Origin: Callorhinchus milii
Taxonomy: Eukaryota
Direction: 5' to 3'
NCBI RefSeq assembly: GCF_018977255.1
Contig: NW_024704743.1
Location: 111,230,001 to 111,294,000 of the forward strand
DNA: 64,000 nucleotides
The notes beneath the pieces were generated by a model. The model worked only from the letters and a program-made list of their open reading frames with translations. It ran no database searches and had not been told where the DNA came from. Each line of letters opens with the position of its first letter. The first letter of the stretch is position 1. Of this stretch, positions 51,023 to 63,447 are shown piece after piece. A program made the translations under genes and the position numbers.

Positions 51023-52258
51023 GTTTGCCCTAAAAGTTATGTCATCGTACACATTTGCCAAGAAATGCTATTTTGAAACTGAAATAGAGGCAGAAAAAGG
51101 AGTTTGTAACAGATTAAAATATATAGGAGTGTATGGTAAATTTAATACAATTCATCTTACCCCAGAGTTTTGAATCACATTTATAAAAGCGTAATTGTTG
51201 AACCACATTTCTAAGTTGCAACAATCAGGCTTGAGTTTATCAAATACCTTGAACTGTGTCAGGCCAGTAAGACTTATCTTATGGTGAAGTAGAACAGTGT
51301 AACGCAACACCCCAGAATGCAAAGTGCATCACAACTTGCCTCAGAGGTGGCATTTATTTATATGAGTCTATCCCTCAAATATTACTATTAGTTAGGTATA
51401 TTGACGATGTGTGCTCAGGGTGTATTGACAGTATGTTAAAAGATTACATTTCCCTGTGTCTCTAAAAGTGTTACTGCATAATTGCATTAAATATGCCTGT
51501 CAAACATCTCTCTATTCATACCCTCCCCCCACCCCCAACTTCGTAAATATCTGCTCAACAATTCCTCCTCACTGATACAGCTCCCAAGCCACAGAGATGG
51601 GTGTTTGAATACATAAGACACAAGCTTAACTTAGCTTAGCTTTCCATCCTATAAAGCAGAAGTCAAACACAATCAGTCCTTGAACTAAACCATTGTGATG
51701 AATTTGGGAGGAGGAGGCAGTTCAGTTGATTAACAACAACAAATTACATTTATATAGAGTCAGGAGAGTTTATAACCAGTCTCAAGGAATGGATGGAAAA
51801 ATGAAGCCTTTCATAGCGGATTCAAGGGGAATGCATGGATTCTGCTGTAAACGTTTAGCATTCCCCACCCTGAGATGTCCTTAAACAATTTGCCATCACC
51901 CCTATTGACATTCCAATGTTAAACAAACAAGCAAAATTACATTTGTATGGCACTTTTCAAGTTGGGGGGATGTCCCAAGGCCCTGGACAATCAGTGTTTT
52001 CCCTGACATTGGTAATTGGTGAAAATTCTATAATAGCTGATGGGCCACAGCTGACCGTGTACCTTTTAAGAGAGAAACAAATGTATTATTTATCCATTAC
52101 TTATGAAAAATGAAACATGTTTCAACTTGAAGTATAGAGCTTCTGAATGGATCCTTCCTGTGTGGGAGATTTTGCATAACCAAAAATAATAAATGTAAAC
52201 TTGAAAGATGTTTGTAGTTGGCATTTCAAGATCTGATCTCTTTGTTTACATTTGGCAG

Positions 52259-52414
52259 AAAAAGAGAAGAAATGCCAACTTGCATTCACAAGCATCGACC
52301 ATCAAAGGCATTGAGATCAACACCAACTCCCGACAAAAGAAGCTCTTGAAACTAAAAGAAAAGATGTCGTATTTAATGCTTTGCTGGCAAAAATTATTTC
52401 GTGTCCGAAAATGA
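52259..52414 (+). CDS. IL7: Interleukin-7, last coding exon (CD loop and helix D)
   Basis: Acceptor tttgtttacatttggcag|, phase 0. Encodes KKRRNANLHSQASTIKGIEINTNSRQKKLLKLKEKMSYLMLCWQKLFRVRK*. CWQKLF matches the IL-7 C-terminal signature CWNKIL. Confidence 0.9.
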   Translation, partial: KKRRNANLHSQASTIKGIEINTNSRQKKLLKLKEKMSYLMLCWQKLFRVRK

Positions 52415-54126
52415 GATTAACCAATATTATGAAACATTTACTGTATACTAATCATGAGCAGAACATGCTTATGCTTTAAACCACTCTGCTACCAATGGAT
52501 CTCTCCATACTTACTTAATTTAGCACTGCCTAAATCAAGTTTGTGTTTCTGCCAGGCTATATGGCAGGTCATGTTGGACCGGAACACAGTGATGTAGCCA
52601 AAGCTTTATTGGTTTGATGTGGAAAGTGCAGCTCCACATTCTCTGAAGTGATCAGACCTAAGCACATTAAGGGCTCTTCATAGCCCTGCAACATTAATTA
52701 TGGTCCAACCTGCATAAAAGTAGAGAGAGCATGTCCAGGAAATTACTACAGTCCATTTTATTTATTATGTAATGTGTTCCTACAACCTACTGCTTTCTCT
52801 CCTTCTATCAGAAAATACTTTTAGAAATGTATTAGCAACGATTCTTGCCGTAACAACAACAACGTTCACTTATATAATGCCCTCCACGCAGGTTAGGTCT
52901 CAGAGCGCTTAAAGAGCCCTGAAGTTCTGGAAAGTGTCCAGGCACACGTGCCCTTAGCTGATTTCATGTCAGGAATGTAAGACCGTGATGGTGAGTAGCT
53001 TGTTACAGGAACTGTATGTTGGGGTGCTACATTTTTATTACCTGTAAAGAGAAGAGGATACAATGTATTAGTGCATTAGCTAATTAAGGGTTTATCCAAA
53101 GCTTCAAAGGAAACATATTGTACAGTTGAATGCATTTTATTTACCATTTTTGTTCCCTTCATTGAATGATGTTAGTCATGTGTGATGAAGTTCTCGTACT
53201 TCAGATACGAATAGGGGAAGGTAATTTTTTTCACATAGAAATTTCAACCAGAAAAATTGAATACAGTTCAAATGTTGCTGTTTTCATGCAGTGATGCCAA
53301 CAGTCATGTGATATATGACTTCGCTGTGCTCTGATCAACGATCAACAACGATAAGAACTTGCATTGAGATAGCGTCCTTCACGCCGGGTAGCGTCCCAGT
53401 GCGCTTAACAGTGGCGGAGTCTGACTTTCTGTTGTAATGTTGGTTGGAGTTTTATGCCAACCACAACCCCCTCCCACCTTCCCACTACAGAGTTATAATA
53501 GGACTGTACTGTGTTAGGAGTTATTGCAAGACGGCAGGAAAGTGGAATTAGTGGTTAGTGGTTCATAGTCCCCTACTGACAGACAATGAATAGTCTGTTC
53601 CTATGTATTCTTACCCAATGCTGATAAGGCTTTTCCAGGTATCCCATGACTTTATTGCCTCTTATAATTTCTGCAGTTAGGCAAGGTTTAGGGACTATTC
53701 TGACCGATAGCAAATTTCTTGCACCTACTATTATTGAATCTATGACTCATTGTCCCTGGTGGTGTAGTGGCATGAATAACAAAGAAAAGGTGTCAGTCTC
53801 TCATTTTGAAAATCGTAATAGCTTGTATCACTATTAGTATCACTAATTCGGGGCAATATTTTCAGTGTTCAGGTTCACAGCTTTAACGAATTACGTTAAT
53901 GTTGTATGTAATGACTCTGCTCTTCAGAATCTCACTAACACCTCTATGGTTTTCTGTTAATTTAAGCAACAGGAAATAGCTGTAAAATACTTTATTTGGA
54001 TGATAGTATTATGAATCAGTGCATATACAGTTTTAGCTGTACAACTATTCAGGTTTAGGTTTGCTCCTGTGATTACCTAATATCTATTTCCCAACACCAT
54101 ACCAATTTGCTGTGTGTCACAAATTG

Positions 54127-54132
54127 AATAAA
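54127..54132 (+). terminator. Candidate IL7 polyadenylation signal
   Basis: AATAAA about 1.7 kb after the IL7 stop, followed by TG/T-rich sequence. Not verifiable without transcript data. Confidence 0.3.
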
Positions 54133-54519
54133 ATGCATTGTCTTTGACATTTAGATGTGATATCCTTGCCAAAACAAATATCAGAGCCCATATCATTAAT
54201 CCCAGAAGGCATTTTTAAGTGAAACTTGTATCCATTCCAAAATTCCTTGCTTATTCCACTTGTGGGCTGATGTGATGTGCGTGAATGATTTATCTACAAA
54301 GAAATGGGGTATCATTTTAGGTCTTTGAATTGTCAAAATACAGAGAGTGTGACGTTCTAATTAGTGAAAGCTTCCTGGGGAGCTGTTTGGGGCACGATTA
54401 AAGTTGTTGACCTGAGGAAAAGAAACTACTGTACACCCATCGATAAGAATGGTTATGGGAGTGGCTTAGATATGATCCACTGAGGGGAAATCACATGGTG
54501 CACCTCTTAAAGAGATATT

Positions 54520-54843
54520 GGAGTCCTGTAGCTCAGTGGTTAGAGCACTCGCGTTTGCAAGCGAGAGACCTGAGTTCAATTCCAGGCAGGGCGAAACCTT
54601 GGGCAAGTTTCCTTACTCCACACGCCTAATAATAATCCCTCCAAAAAACAAAAACAATAATTAAATTGGTCATTTTCAATCTACGACTGTTTGTGGGACA
54701 TTGTTGTGCGCAATAGGCTGCCGCGTTCGCCCACAACTATACAGTCAATTCACTTTACAGTATGTTCTGTGAACTTTGGGACGTCCTCCTGACGTGAAAA
54801 GCGCTATGTCAAATGCAAGGACTATTATTATTATTATTATTAT
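54520..54843 (+). mobile_element. tRNA-derived SINE (Deu-like core, L2-like tail), full-length young copy
   Basis: A box TAGCTCAGTGG, B box GTTCAATTCC and a TGC anticodon-like loop. Core gtttgtgggacattg.tgtgcgcaa..ggctgccgcg. Tail shared with L2 (gggacgtcctcctgacgtgaaa), ending in (TAT)n. Confidence 0.9.
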
Positions 54844-55482
54844 AGATGCCCTGTACCAGTTTGTTTCATTAATTTTCAGATTTCACTAAGAGCATGTGGA
54901 AGAAAATGGATAAGAAGCTTTTCGAAAGTCAATTAGATCCATTTATCTTTAGTTATTGAAATATATAATTCTGATTAATTTGTAGTCACTTCCATAGCAA
55001 TAATTATTAGGTGAAGTGACTTGATGGTAGTTCTGGTGTTTGTACAAATGAGCAGCTCTCACTAAGTTGTAGCAGTTCTTCACTATAGTAATTTGGGAGT
55101 TAGTTGCCAGATTTGAGGAATATTTTTCCAATGTTGCCAATTTTTTTTATCTCCACCTATACAGATCTAAGCATTGCCATTAGAAAATTTTTCAGCACAT
55201 TTGCAGTATCTCAAATGCTTTCCGAATAAGCTATTATGTTTCATTGACCTGTGTTGATACAGTATATAATATATAAATACTGTATGGTCACCCAATGTAC
55301 ATACATACTAAAGAAATTATCGTTCCTATTTTTATATTTGATGATAAGTCCATGTATTAAAGTTCAGTTTATACAATACCGCTTTCAAAATTAGTAACAA
55401 ATGAATGTTTTTCTATTCTGTCTAAAGCACATACATGCAAATGCTTGACCCTTTCAACAACCTAACAACAGTGTTTTCAGTA

Positions 55483-55590
55483 CTGCAACCCAGTTCAATT
55501 AATTGCAGTTCTGCAACCCAGTTCAATTAATTGCAGTTCTGAAACCCAGTTCAATTAATTTTATTACTGAAACACAGTTCAATTCATTTG
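55483..55590. repeat. 28-bp tandem repeat, ~3.7 copies
   Basis: Unit gcaacccagttcaattaattgcagttct. Confidence 0.8.
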
Positions 55591-55663
55591 ATCTGTTGAT
55601 CTTGGTCACAAATGTAGAGAGGAGACAGGAACATTAGTGGAGGATTCATCCTGCACAGTTCTA

Positions 55664-55682
55664 CAGCACCTTCTGGTGGCTG
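55664..55682 (-). promoter_or_regulatory. CTCF-like motif between the IL7 and ZC2HC1A 3' ends
   Basis: Minus strand CAGCCACCAGAAGGTGCTG versus the core consensus CCACCAGGGGGCGC. Confidence 0.45.
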
Positions 55683-57096
55683 GCTAACGATCTACATTAG
55701 TAGCTAAGAATTAACAAGCTATTGTAAAATAGTGGAAAATTAAACTTAAAACATGTTTATACAAAATGCCCTCAGAACAACATTAACAGAGTAATGCATC
55801 GCAAGCAGTAATTTTGGAGACTAACTTGAATTGGTTTGCACACAGATCTTGAAAATAGATTCAAATCTAGGTGCTGTCTTTGAGAGATCTTAGTTTATGT
55901 TATTGTTTGCTTTAATGATAATTGCTGTGATATTTATACACAAAACAAAAGCAACTCACAAAATATCTCAGTGAAATAAAAAATATTAACAGTTATGAGA
56001 TAACGAAACTACAAGGAGAGATCAGATTTTCAACCATTCTCAAAGCAGCAGACTTTTGGTAAATAATTGAATTCTATCTTTGCTTTGAAGTTGCTGTTCT
56101 ATAGCTCTTTTTAAGAAACCTACAGAAATCTGGCATAAAAATTGAGTGTATTTAAGAATTTGTCAAATTCTGGATAGAATTTCTCCATTTATAACTATTG
56201 AGGAATGGATTGAGACTTTTCCCAAACAATATTCACTTAGGATCTTTGTGGTCAACTAAACATGGTTAGCTTTCAGCCCATTAAACTCTGGCTAGACTCA
56301 CACTCAGGCTCTAAACTTGTCCAAAGTCATCTCACTTTACCACTAAATAATTTTGTGTGCACCAGCCAGTTTTAGTGAGTTATGTATCAATCTGAATTTG
56401 TGTCAATGAATGGGTGTGTTGTGTCCAAAGTTAAAGAATACTGTTCCAACAGTTTTTTGTAAAACCGTTTGATGTAATTTTGAGATCTACATCTGAAAAC
56501 GGCACTTCCGCCAATGCAACACAGGTCCAGCACTGCACTGGAGTGTCAGCCCAGACTATATGTTCAAGTGTTGGAATGGGGACTAGTTCCATGTTTTGTT
56601 AAGAATGCTATGTACAGAGGAAGGGTTTGTTTGACGGAGTGCGAGTTTCTCACTGGCTTCAAGGCTTTCGTAAATAGTGCCCCGAGGCAGGAACTGAAAT
56701 ACCCCATCCACGTTGCACAACTCAGGGCAGCTTAAATAGAGCAGAGGAAACACATTTATATCTTCCCACTGAGAAACACAATGCATAGGAACATAGAAAC
56801 ATAGGAACAGGAGGAGGTTGTTCATCCCTTCTGCTAAACATTTCAATGTATGACCTTCCAATGTACTTTTATACAAAATATTTACCTCATGCTTGAATAC
56901 AGAAACTGTAAACTGCATTTGTAAGCAGTGGAGTGAGTATACAGCTCTTTAATAGATGCATTTCTTTGCAAATTAAAAAATAGAATAAAAATAATTTAGG
57001 AATAGTATAAATTGCACAAAACGTCACCTGTTTATACTATGCCAATGAGGGATTTTCCTTAACAAAATAATCACAGACACCAGCTGGAGGTTGTGA

Positions 57097-57102
57097 TTTA
57101 TT
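57097..57102 (-). terminator. Candidate distal ZC2HC1A poly(A) signal (would give a ~6.2-kb 3' UTR)
   Basis: AATAAA on the minus strand followed by a GT-rich tract (gtgtctgtgattattttgtt). It ends a long AT-rich, UTR-like block. Nearer AATAAAs exist (~61275). Confidence 0.4.
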
Positions 57103-57477
57103 ACACAGTGCTTACAATTTAAAAACAATAATGAATTATGTACAATGTAATGGTATCAAAATAAAACATAAATAGAGGCAAACAACAATTTAAATTCAAA
57201 AGATTGCAAATAAAAGAAAATGTTACATGCTTTTAATTGAAAACTACACATTCAACAACCTGGTTAAGATCTTAATGTACATTACAATAAGATCAATTGA
57301 AATACATATGCTGACAAAAGATAAATTTCATTCTAAATGTAGTATCCATATAGATCAGTGTTTACAATAATCTCCATACTCCATACTCAAGAGGTCAAAA
57401 AAGGATACATTTTTAAAGTTCACAAAACTGGGTGGTTTAAGGAGGGGAATTTTTATATCGGTTACTATCACACTAGA

Positions 57478-57698
57478 GGGGAGAAATTCCACCTGTCTCC
57501 ACATTTACTTTAATAATTTAACATTTTTAGTGTCCTGAATTTGTCAAATTTAGTTTTAACCCTGGAAACTTACAGAAAACAGACTTCACAATTAAAGCTT
57601 TATTTTTGACTATTGGCCAAATTCTGCTTGTTACTTAAACAGTTTACTTAAATGCTACTTGAACAGAGTAAATCAGGAGCCAGGTGAAAATTCTCCCC
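57478..57698. mobile_element. Putative MITE with ~23-bp terminal inverted repeats
   Basis: ggggagaaattccacctgtctcc ... ggagccaggtgaaaattctcccc. Confidence 0.5.
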
Positions 57699-59574
57699 AT
57701 ATATGTTACAAATCTGTCATTTAATGTACTTCATCTGGACAAGGTTTGTCTGAGTTCTGGCTTGTGAATTTCCATGTTGTACTACAACACATTTATATAG
57801 CCCCCTTCACAGGGTAGCATCCGACAACACTTGAATGCACTATGCCATAGGTCATTCACTTCATCTTACATCTCATGACAATAAACGTTTCCTAATCTCC
57901 TAAAGAGTACATATGTAATGTTTTCAGAACAGATTTAAGGAAAAAAAGTATGAGACAAAATGCACCTTATTTTGCCACAGTTACAAGCAGATGTAGCAGA
58001 ACTTTTGGGGAAATGGTTTCATGCTGTACTAAAGCAAAGAAACATCCTTTATTTCATGACTGTGAGGTACATGTGGAACTAGAGGTAATCTGGGGTTGAT
58101 TAGGAAATTGCATAGACAGTTTAAGCCCAGTTGTCACGTGCCCCAAAATCAAGAAGCCCAATCTATCCCCCATATATACACACACACACACAATTTCCTA
58201 TGTTGTTTTTGAAATACAGCCTGCTTTTTCCTAATTGTAAGTGTCAAAACAAAAAGTGAGAATCAACAATAGATAAAAGTGGAGCATCCTTAGAATCCTA
58301 GGATGTTAAAGGTGTGGAAACAGGGAAAAGCAGAAAATCAGACAAGTGGTATGAGTTGACACACACTTCTGAAATTACATTTTAGAATATTTAGCATGAG
58401 AACAACGTAGTGGCGGAAAGAGAAGGAAAATGTAGGCTAAAAAAATAGGCACTTTGTAAACTGCAATAGTGTCTCAAACATTAAAGGCTGATTTAAAGTT
58501 CTTCCCTCCCAAGCAAAATTGACAAGTCATTTTCACCAAGATCCGTGTCCTCTTTACAAGTGGTGTTATTATAATAAATATCATGAAATAATTTGTAAAA
58601 GTGTGTTTGGCGATGGGTAGCAGGTAGACAGACTTCAGAAAACCAGCTTACCTAAGTGAGCAGAAATGGTCCCAAATCAAATTGCTCACACACCCTATCA
58701 GACCAAGTTTATTCACTCAATCATGATTAATATCGCAAGTTTTGTATACAACAACAATAAATTACATTTATATAGCAACTTTCATGTTGGGAAGATGTCT
58801 CAAGACGCTGGAGAGTGAAGGATTTACACCCGATCTGCGGATTTGAGTTAAGAGGGGTGGAGGACAAGGGTGAGTGGTGGGAAGATGACTGAAGGCAAGG
58901 TCAAAGGGGAAAATCTTGAGATGGGCCTTGAAGGAGTCAAGGAGGGGGTGAGGCAGAGGGGTTCAGGGATGGAGTTCCATAGGGTGGGGGCTGAAGGCGT
59001 GGGTCATTGAACAGTGCAGTGACCTGAGGGTGTGGACAGGTTGGTAATATTTTAGTAGGTCGCACAGAGAGGGAGAAGCAAGACCGTAAAGAGGTGGAGA
59101 CAAAAAATTGTCTCATTTGCTAATTTTCTTATTTACTCTGTCCGGTTCTACAATCAGAATTATATCAAATAACCAGATTATTTCTACATTATTTATGCCT
59201 TTTGACATTTTAGTGACCCGAATCATGCTCCCTGTCAATCAATGTTTCTCCAGTAAATAGAAATGTTATTCTTTAAGCCTCCACTTACAACTTAAACTTT
59301 AAGTCGCATAATTGTTTTCTTCTCTCAGCTCTCTTCAATGTATGTTTTGACAGTGTGATGCCCTGAATTGCACACACTATTCCGAGTATGGTGTTACCAA
59401 TGAATTAAAAAATAACTAAATACCTTATTTTGACTTATAATTAACTCCTCTTGTGATACACCCTATTATTTCTTAGCTGTGTTGAATAGACACATTTTCA
59501 GGGATACTTTCAACAAATGAACAAATCACATGAAATATTTTCTTTATTTAAACTTTTGCCGATGGATTTCCTGC

Positions 59575-60690
59575 CTGATATTCATATAGCGCCCTTCACA
59601 TGGGGTAGCGTCCTGGAGCGCTTCATAATAGCTGAGTCTGACAATGAGCCATGGGGAGAGGGAGGTGATCCTAAGCACGATCAAAAAGGTCTTAAGGCGG
59701 GATTTGAAGGTGGGGAGGAAAGGGGCAAAGGGGAAGGATTGAGGGAGAGAGTTCCAGAGTTTTGGGCTATATTGGCTGAAGGTATGGCACGAGGGACAAA
59801 GAGGAGGCAGGAGCCAACCAAGCGGAGGCAAAGGGTGGGGGAGTGGGGGGGTAATCATTGGCTGAGATGACCTGGGGAGAGGTAGGGAGGGGCAAGGGCA
59901 TGAAGTGGTTTGAAAACGAGTGAGAGGATCTTGAAATCGATCCGTCTGGTGACTGGTTCGGTCGAGTTCTGTAGCTCAGTAGTTAGAGCACTCACCTCGC
60001 AAGTGAGAGACCGGGGTTTGATTCCCGGCGGGGCTAAATGTTGGGCAAGTTTCTTTACTCCACATGCCTCTGTTTACCTGGCAGTAAGTAGGAACCCGGT
60101 TGTTAGTTGCTGTTAAGCGACTGGATCGCTTTTCCGGGGGTAATAATTCCTTCAAAAAAAATTAATAATAAATTACTAAGTCACTTCAATCCACAAAGCA
60201 GTCCTGGTCAGAGAATAGATGTGGGCTAGAAAGAAAAGCTGGGGATCGAACCTGACGCCTAAGGTTTGGAAAGTCTGAGGGAGAGCCCGGGCAGATTGAA
60301 GAGTTCAGACCCGCAGGAGAGAAGGCATTGACGAGAGGCAAAGAGTATGGGTTCCGTCTTGCCGACATACAGCTGCACGAAACTTGCGCTCATCCAGACC
60401 TTGATGTCCGACAAACAAGCTGACAGGACATTAGTGGGCTGGGAGTCACAGCTGGAGAAGAAGTAGTTTTGGGTGTCATCAGCATACATGTGGAAGTAGA
60501 CCCCATGTCTGTGGATGACAATGCCGAAAGGGGGCACGTAGATGAGGAAGAGGGCCAAGGATGGAGCCTTGGGTGACCAGGTGGGGGCGAGAGGAAAAAA
60601 CATTGGCCGAGATGAAGTGCTGGTGGTTAGTTAAGTAGGACTTGAACTATGCGAGTGCGCTTCCACTAAGGTGGATGAAGGAGGAGAAAC
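59575..60690 (-). mobile_element. Older L2 LINE fragment, interrupted by a SINE at ~59964-60196
   Basis: [16 protein letters not shown]...LSACLSDIKVWM..SFVQL.VGKTE is an L2 RT motif set. Confidence 0.8.
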
Positions 60691-63269
60691 CAAACTGCAC
60701 ACCATGGTCTCAGCAGCAAATTTTACGAAACATCACTGGCAATTGTCTCTGACCAGAATCATGGCAAGCACTGCGCTCATTCAACAGTGAACGTGACACT
60801 AAATATAAACACGGGCCGACTCTTCCTGGTCAGGATGTGAAACGCTAGGATTTACCACATTCCCTATGTGAAGTGGACCAGCTAATCTTCAATGTTGAGT
60901 TTACCATTGGTTTCAACGTTGAGCAGTAAAGTCAGTTACACAGCCAATGAATGTACAACAGGAGTTAAAAGGAAGTTCAATGAAAACTGCTTAAGGCAAT
61001 AATAATTAAAAAAAAGATAACATGGGTAGAAGGTAGAAAAAAGTAAAAAAGATAATTTTAAAATTGAAAATAATAGAGGCAATCAATCCAAAAAGAACAG
61101 AAGAAAAACAAGCTGTAACAACAACTTGCACTTATAAAGTGCCCCTCACATAGTATAGCGACCCAGAGTGCAAAAACAAGCAGCAGTTAGCATCGGTAAA
61201 GATTTAAATAGGCTTTAAAAAATGTCTTACTTATTTTAATAGGTTAATATTAAGAGGATGGCAATACGTCCAATTTATTATTTATTAATAAGAAATTTTG
61301 GGTCTTTCAAGAGCTGAAAATGTACAGAATTAATTGCCTCACCAAGACAGCACTCGTTGGCAGTCTAGCAGATAATATTCACTCTCTTTTTTCCTGTTGT
61401 TTTGTAAGCATTTTAAAACAACTATAATGTAGTGAACAAGAGTCATGCTGCAGTCTTTGTGTATACACTGCACTTCACAGTAAAATCCTCTGAAGTGCTT
61501 TGAGACATTATGAAAACATGGTATAAGGCGCTATGTCAAATGCGAGGAATTAATAAGTTTACAGATGTAATGATTTGTAGATAAGAATAATCAATCTACT
61601 TTGTGTTAAAATAAATATTTCACCCACAAAATATACAGTCAATTCACTTTACCGTATATTCTGTGAAGCGCTTTGAAACGTCTCGAAGACGTGCTAAGGC
61701 ATTGTATCAAATGCAAGGATTATTATCATTATAAATGTTCAGGTTCTAAAGATCAGAGCTGTGGTTTGATTTTTTACTTTAGTTGGTAACAAGCTTATTT
61801 ATGTATCATCATCATCAAAGGGTAAATTAAATTTTTAAACTCAATCTGCAAGAAAACTAAATATGTTGATTCAAGAAAGTTGTGTAGGACTGACTGTAAC
61901 ATTGATTTCTGTGGATTTGTGAGTCTGGCTTTTTAGGTAACTAAGCTCTTACAGTCCTACAAAGTACTGTATACATTTCCATAAAAATAGTTATGATTAG
62001 ACGACACCATGTAAATACTCAATTAATGTGGACGAGTATGTGATAGGCATAGTACGCCTGTTTGATATCTAAATATTTTCATCGCAAACCTAGAAGTCTT
62101 ACTTAAATCTTGCTCAACATCAGCCACAAATAATCAGCAAAGTGAAGTTCTTATAATGTACAATTTACTTTTTTAATTCAATACGAAACTTTTAGTTTCT
62201 GCACACAATTCACTTGATTTTCTCCTTGAATATTTAGGAATTGCAAAGGTCCTGGCATGCAATTAGAAACAAATCAAAGTCTGCTTCGTTCCTCAGAATT
62301 TGGTGTAGAGGATTCCCATCACTTGCTGACAGAACTGTGTTGGCTGAACTGTATCTTTTAAATAATGTGTAGAACCCATGATCACAGTCCCCTCTCGAAT
62401 GCTAGGCCAGTTTTGGAATTCAAATGTCACACACTCATGATTTATCACACATGTACTGTGCTTCCACATTTCCCAGTTAATAGTGGCATATTCTTGAGCA
62501 CCATTTAAAATTACAGCAGGAAGCAACAAGACAAATTTAAGTTCAAAGCTATTATTGCTCAATTAAATTGCCGTCTGAATTTTGGAGTCCCATCCAAGCC
62601 AATGCAGATTTTAACTTTTCTTTCTCTCACCAGTTTCAAGTGATTCAGCTCATTAATGATGAAAGTTCATCATAAATCGAGAGCTTGAGAAAACAACTGA
62701 CATTTCCAGTACACTTGAGCAACAAGTTTACTGTCAACAGATTATTCTTTGGACTAAAATTTACCATTGAACCACTGTGAGATAAGTTTAATTTTTCTAT
62801 CTAAATATGAAGTACAGTACATGCTTACTTAAATGTATTCAACATCATGTACTTGGTTATTAGGATGTCTCCTAAACTACCCAAGGTGGATGTTCATTCC
62901 CTAAATGTTTTTGCTCCAAATCTGTACAGCTGTTCATAACAACAGGAACAAGCAACATTTACCTACGGGTTTCTGGCAATGTGCACTTGTCCTTGGATAG
63001 CAGTTGCTTAGCAAATAAATTCTATGGGGAACCCTGACAGAATTTCAATTGGCATTTGAAGCGATACAAAAGAAAATCAACTTGAATGATATTAGTGTTT
63101 TTCGTTATGCCACCTTTGCCAAAGTATTGTGCACAACACCAAATACAAAGCAAACTAAAGGCCACCCCCCACCTCGAGTATAAGTCGATTATACTAGCTA
63201 ATGAAAGCAACATTTAAACTTGTGAACTTCAATCATGTTAACATGCTTTCATCAAGACATACTGCGTGA

Positions 63270-63447
63270 TCAAAGGGTCATCCTTCTCACCCCACACTCA
63301 CAACAGAACTTTGCCCACTCTACAGGATACTTGGTTCCACAATCATGGCAAAATCTTGAGAGTTGATTTTGATCACTACTCTTGATGCTCCTATCGTTTA
63401 AAGTCAAGGAATCGTCTCCAGTGTCAAAACCTGATTTGATATTGTTC
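63270..63447 (-). CDS. ZC2HC1A: Zinc finger C2HC domain-containing protein 1A, terminal coding exon
   Basis: Minus-strand acceptor ttttgttttcccag|G, then NNIKSGFDTGDDSLTLNDRSIKSSDQNQLSRFCHDCGTKYPVEWAKFCCECGVRRMTL*. Near-identical to the recalled human C-terminus (KFCHECGTKYPVEWAKFCCECGIRRMIL). ZC2HC1A neighbours IL7 in human. Confidence 0.93.

Noticed and set aside
52208..52258. ORF-track start (MFVVGISR...) for the 68-aa ORF
   Set aside because: This part is intronic polypyrimidine/acceptor sequence. The coding part starts at 52259 as the last IL7 exon.
54520..54595. tRNA-Ala(TGC)-like genes here and at ~30567, 38520-38590, 42893 and 63953
   Set aside because: They are SINE heads: no complete acceptor stem, and most continue into the SINE body and tail (the 63953 copy is cut by the window end).
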